DNA of 64,000 bases from Azolla caroliniana (lineage: Eukaryota; Plantae; Polypodiophyta): NCBI GenBank assembly GCA_043228905.1, contig JBHGNT010000003.1:806001-870000 (forward strand), written 5' to 3'. Every line of letters starts with the position of its first letter. Within the stretch, counting starts at the first letter, position 1. The position numbers were made by a program, and so were the translations under genes. The notes under the pieces are model-generated. The model ran no database searches. It was not told the origin of the DNA and saw only the letters and a list, made by a program, of their open reading frames with translations. Shown piece after piece: positions 63,817-64,000 of this stretch.

Positions 63817-64000
63817 TTCTTATTTTCAAACATTGCAACAATGAAACTCAAATAAATGTAACTTAAATTTTTTTGTCTTCTTTAGGAAAGAACTCAAGGT
63901 ATGAAATGAAGAACACATCATGAAAATCAATCAACAGTTGGGCTATCACATTCACATCAAATGACCACACACCTTGTATCATGGGATTTACAAACTTTGC

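Overview
AT-rich eukaryotic land-plant nuclear DNA. The gene families and divergence suggest a non-seed vascular plant such as a fern, but this is inference only. Five distinct protein genes can be built by hand: a 3-exon TUNICAMYCIN INDUCED 1 (TIN1)-like secreted protein (+), an intronless F-box/kelch-like gene (-), a 7-exon BIG BROTHER-related RING-H2 E3 ligase (+), an intronless CRINKLY4/ACR4-type receptor kinase (+) and a 6-exon ABI3/VP1 B3 transcription factor (-). There is also an intact tRNA-Lys(CTT). A near-identical 10.84 kb direct duplication sits on either side of a 100-N gap and is probably an assembly artefact. Intergenic DNA holds decayed Copia/Gypsy remnants, two stacked LINE fragments, a 140-bp Mutator-type MITE with a perfect 9-bp TSD, a 330-bp retroposed insert with a 17-bp TSD, and many micro- and minisatellites. 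I found no convincing wholly new biological system. The best leads are the remodelled CR4 ectodomain (telomere-like Asn-Pro insert, reduced TNFR domain), the repeat-remodelled ABI3 locus and a LINE bounded by (AG)n. All family assignments come from motif recognition; no database searches were run.
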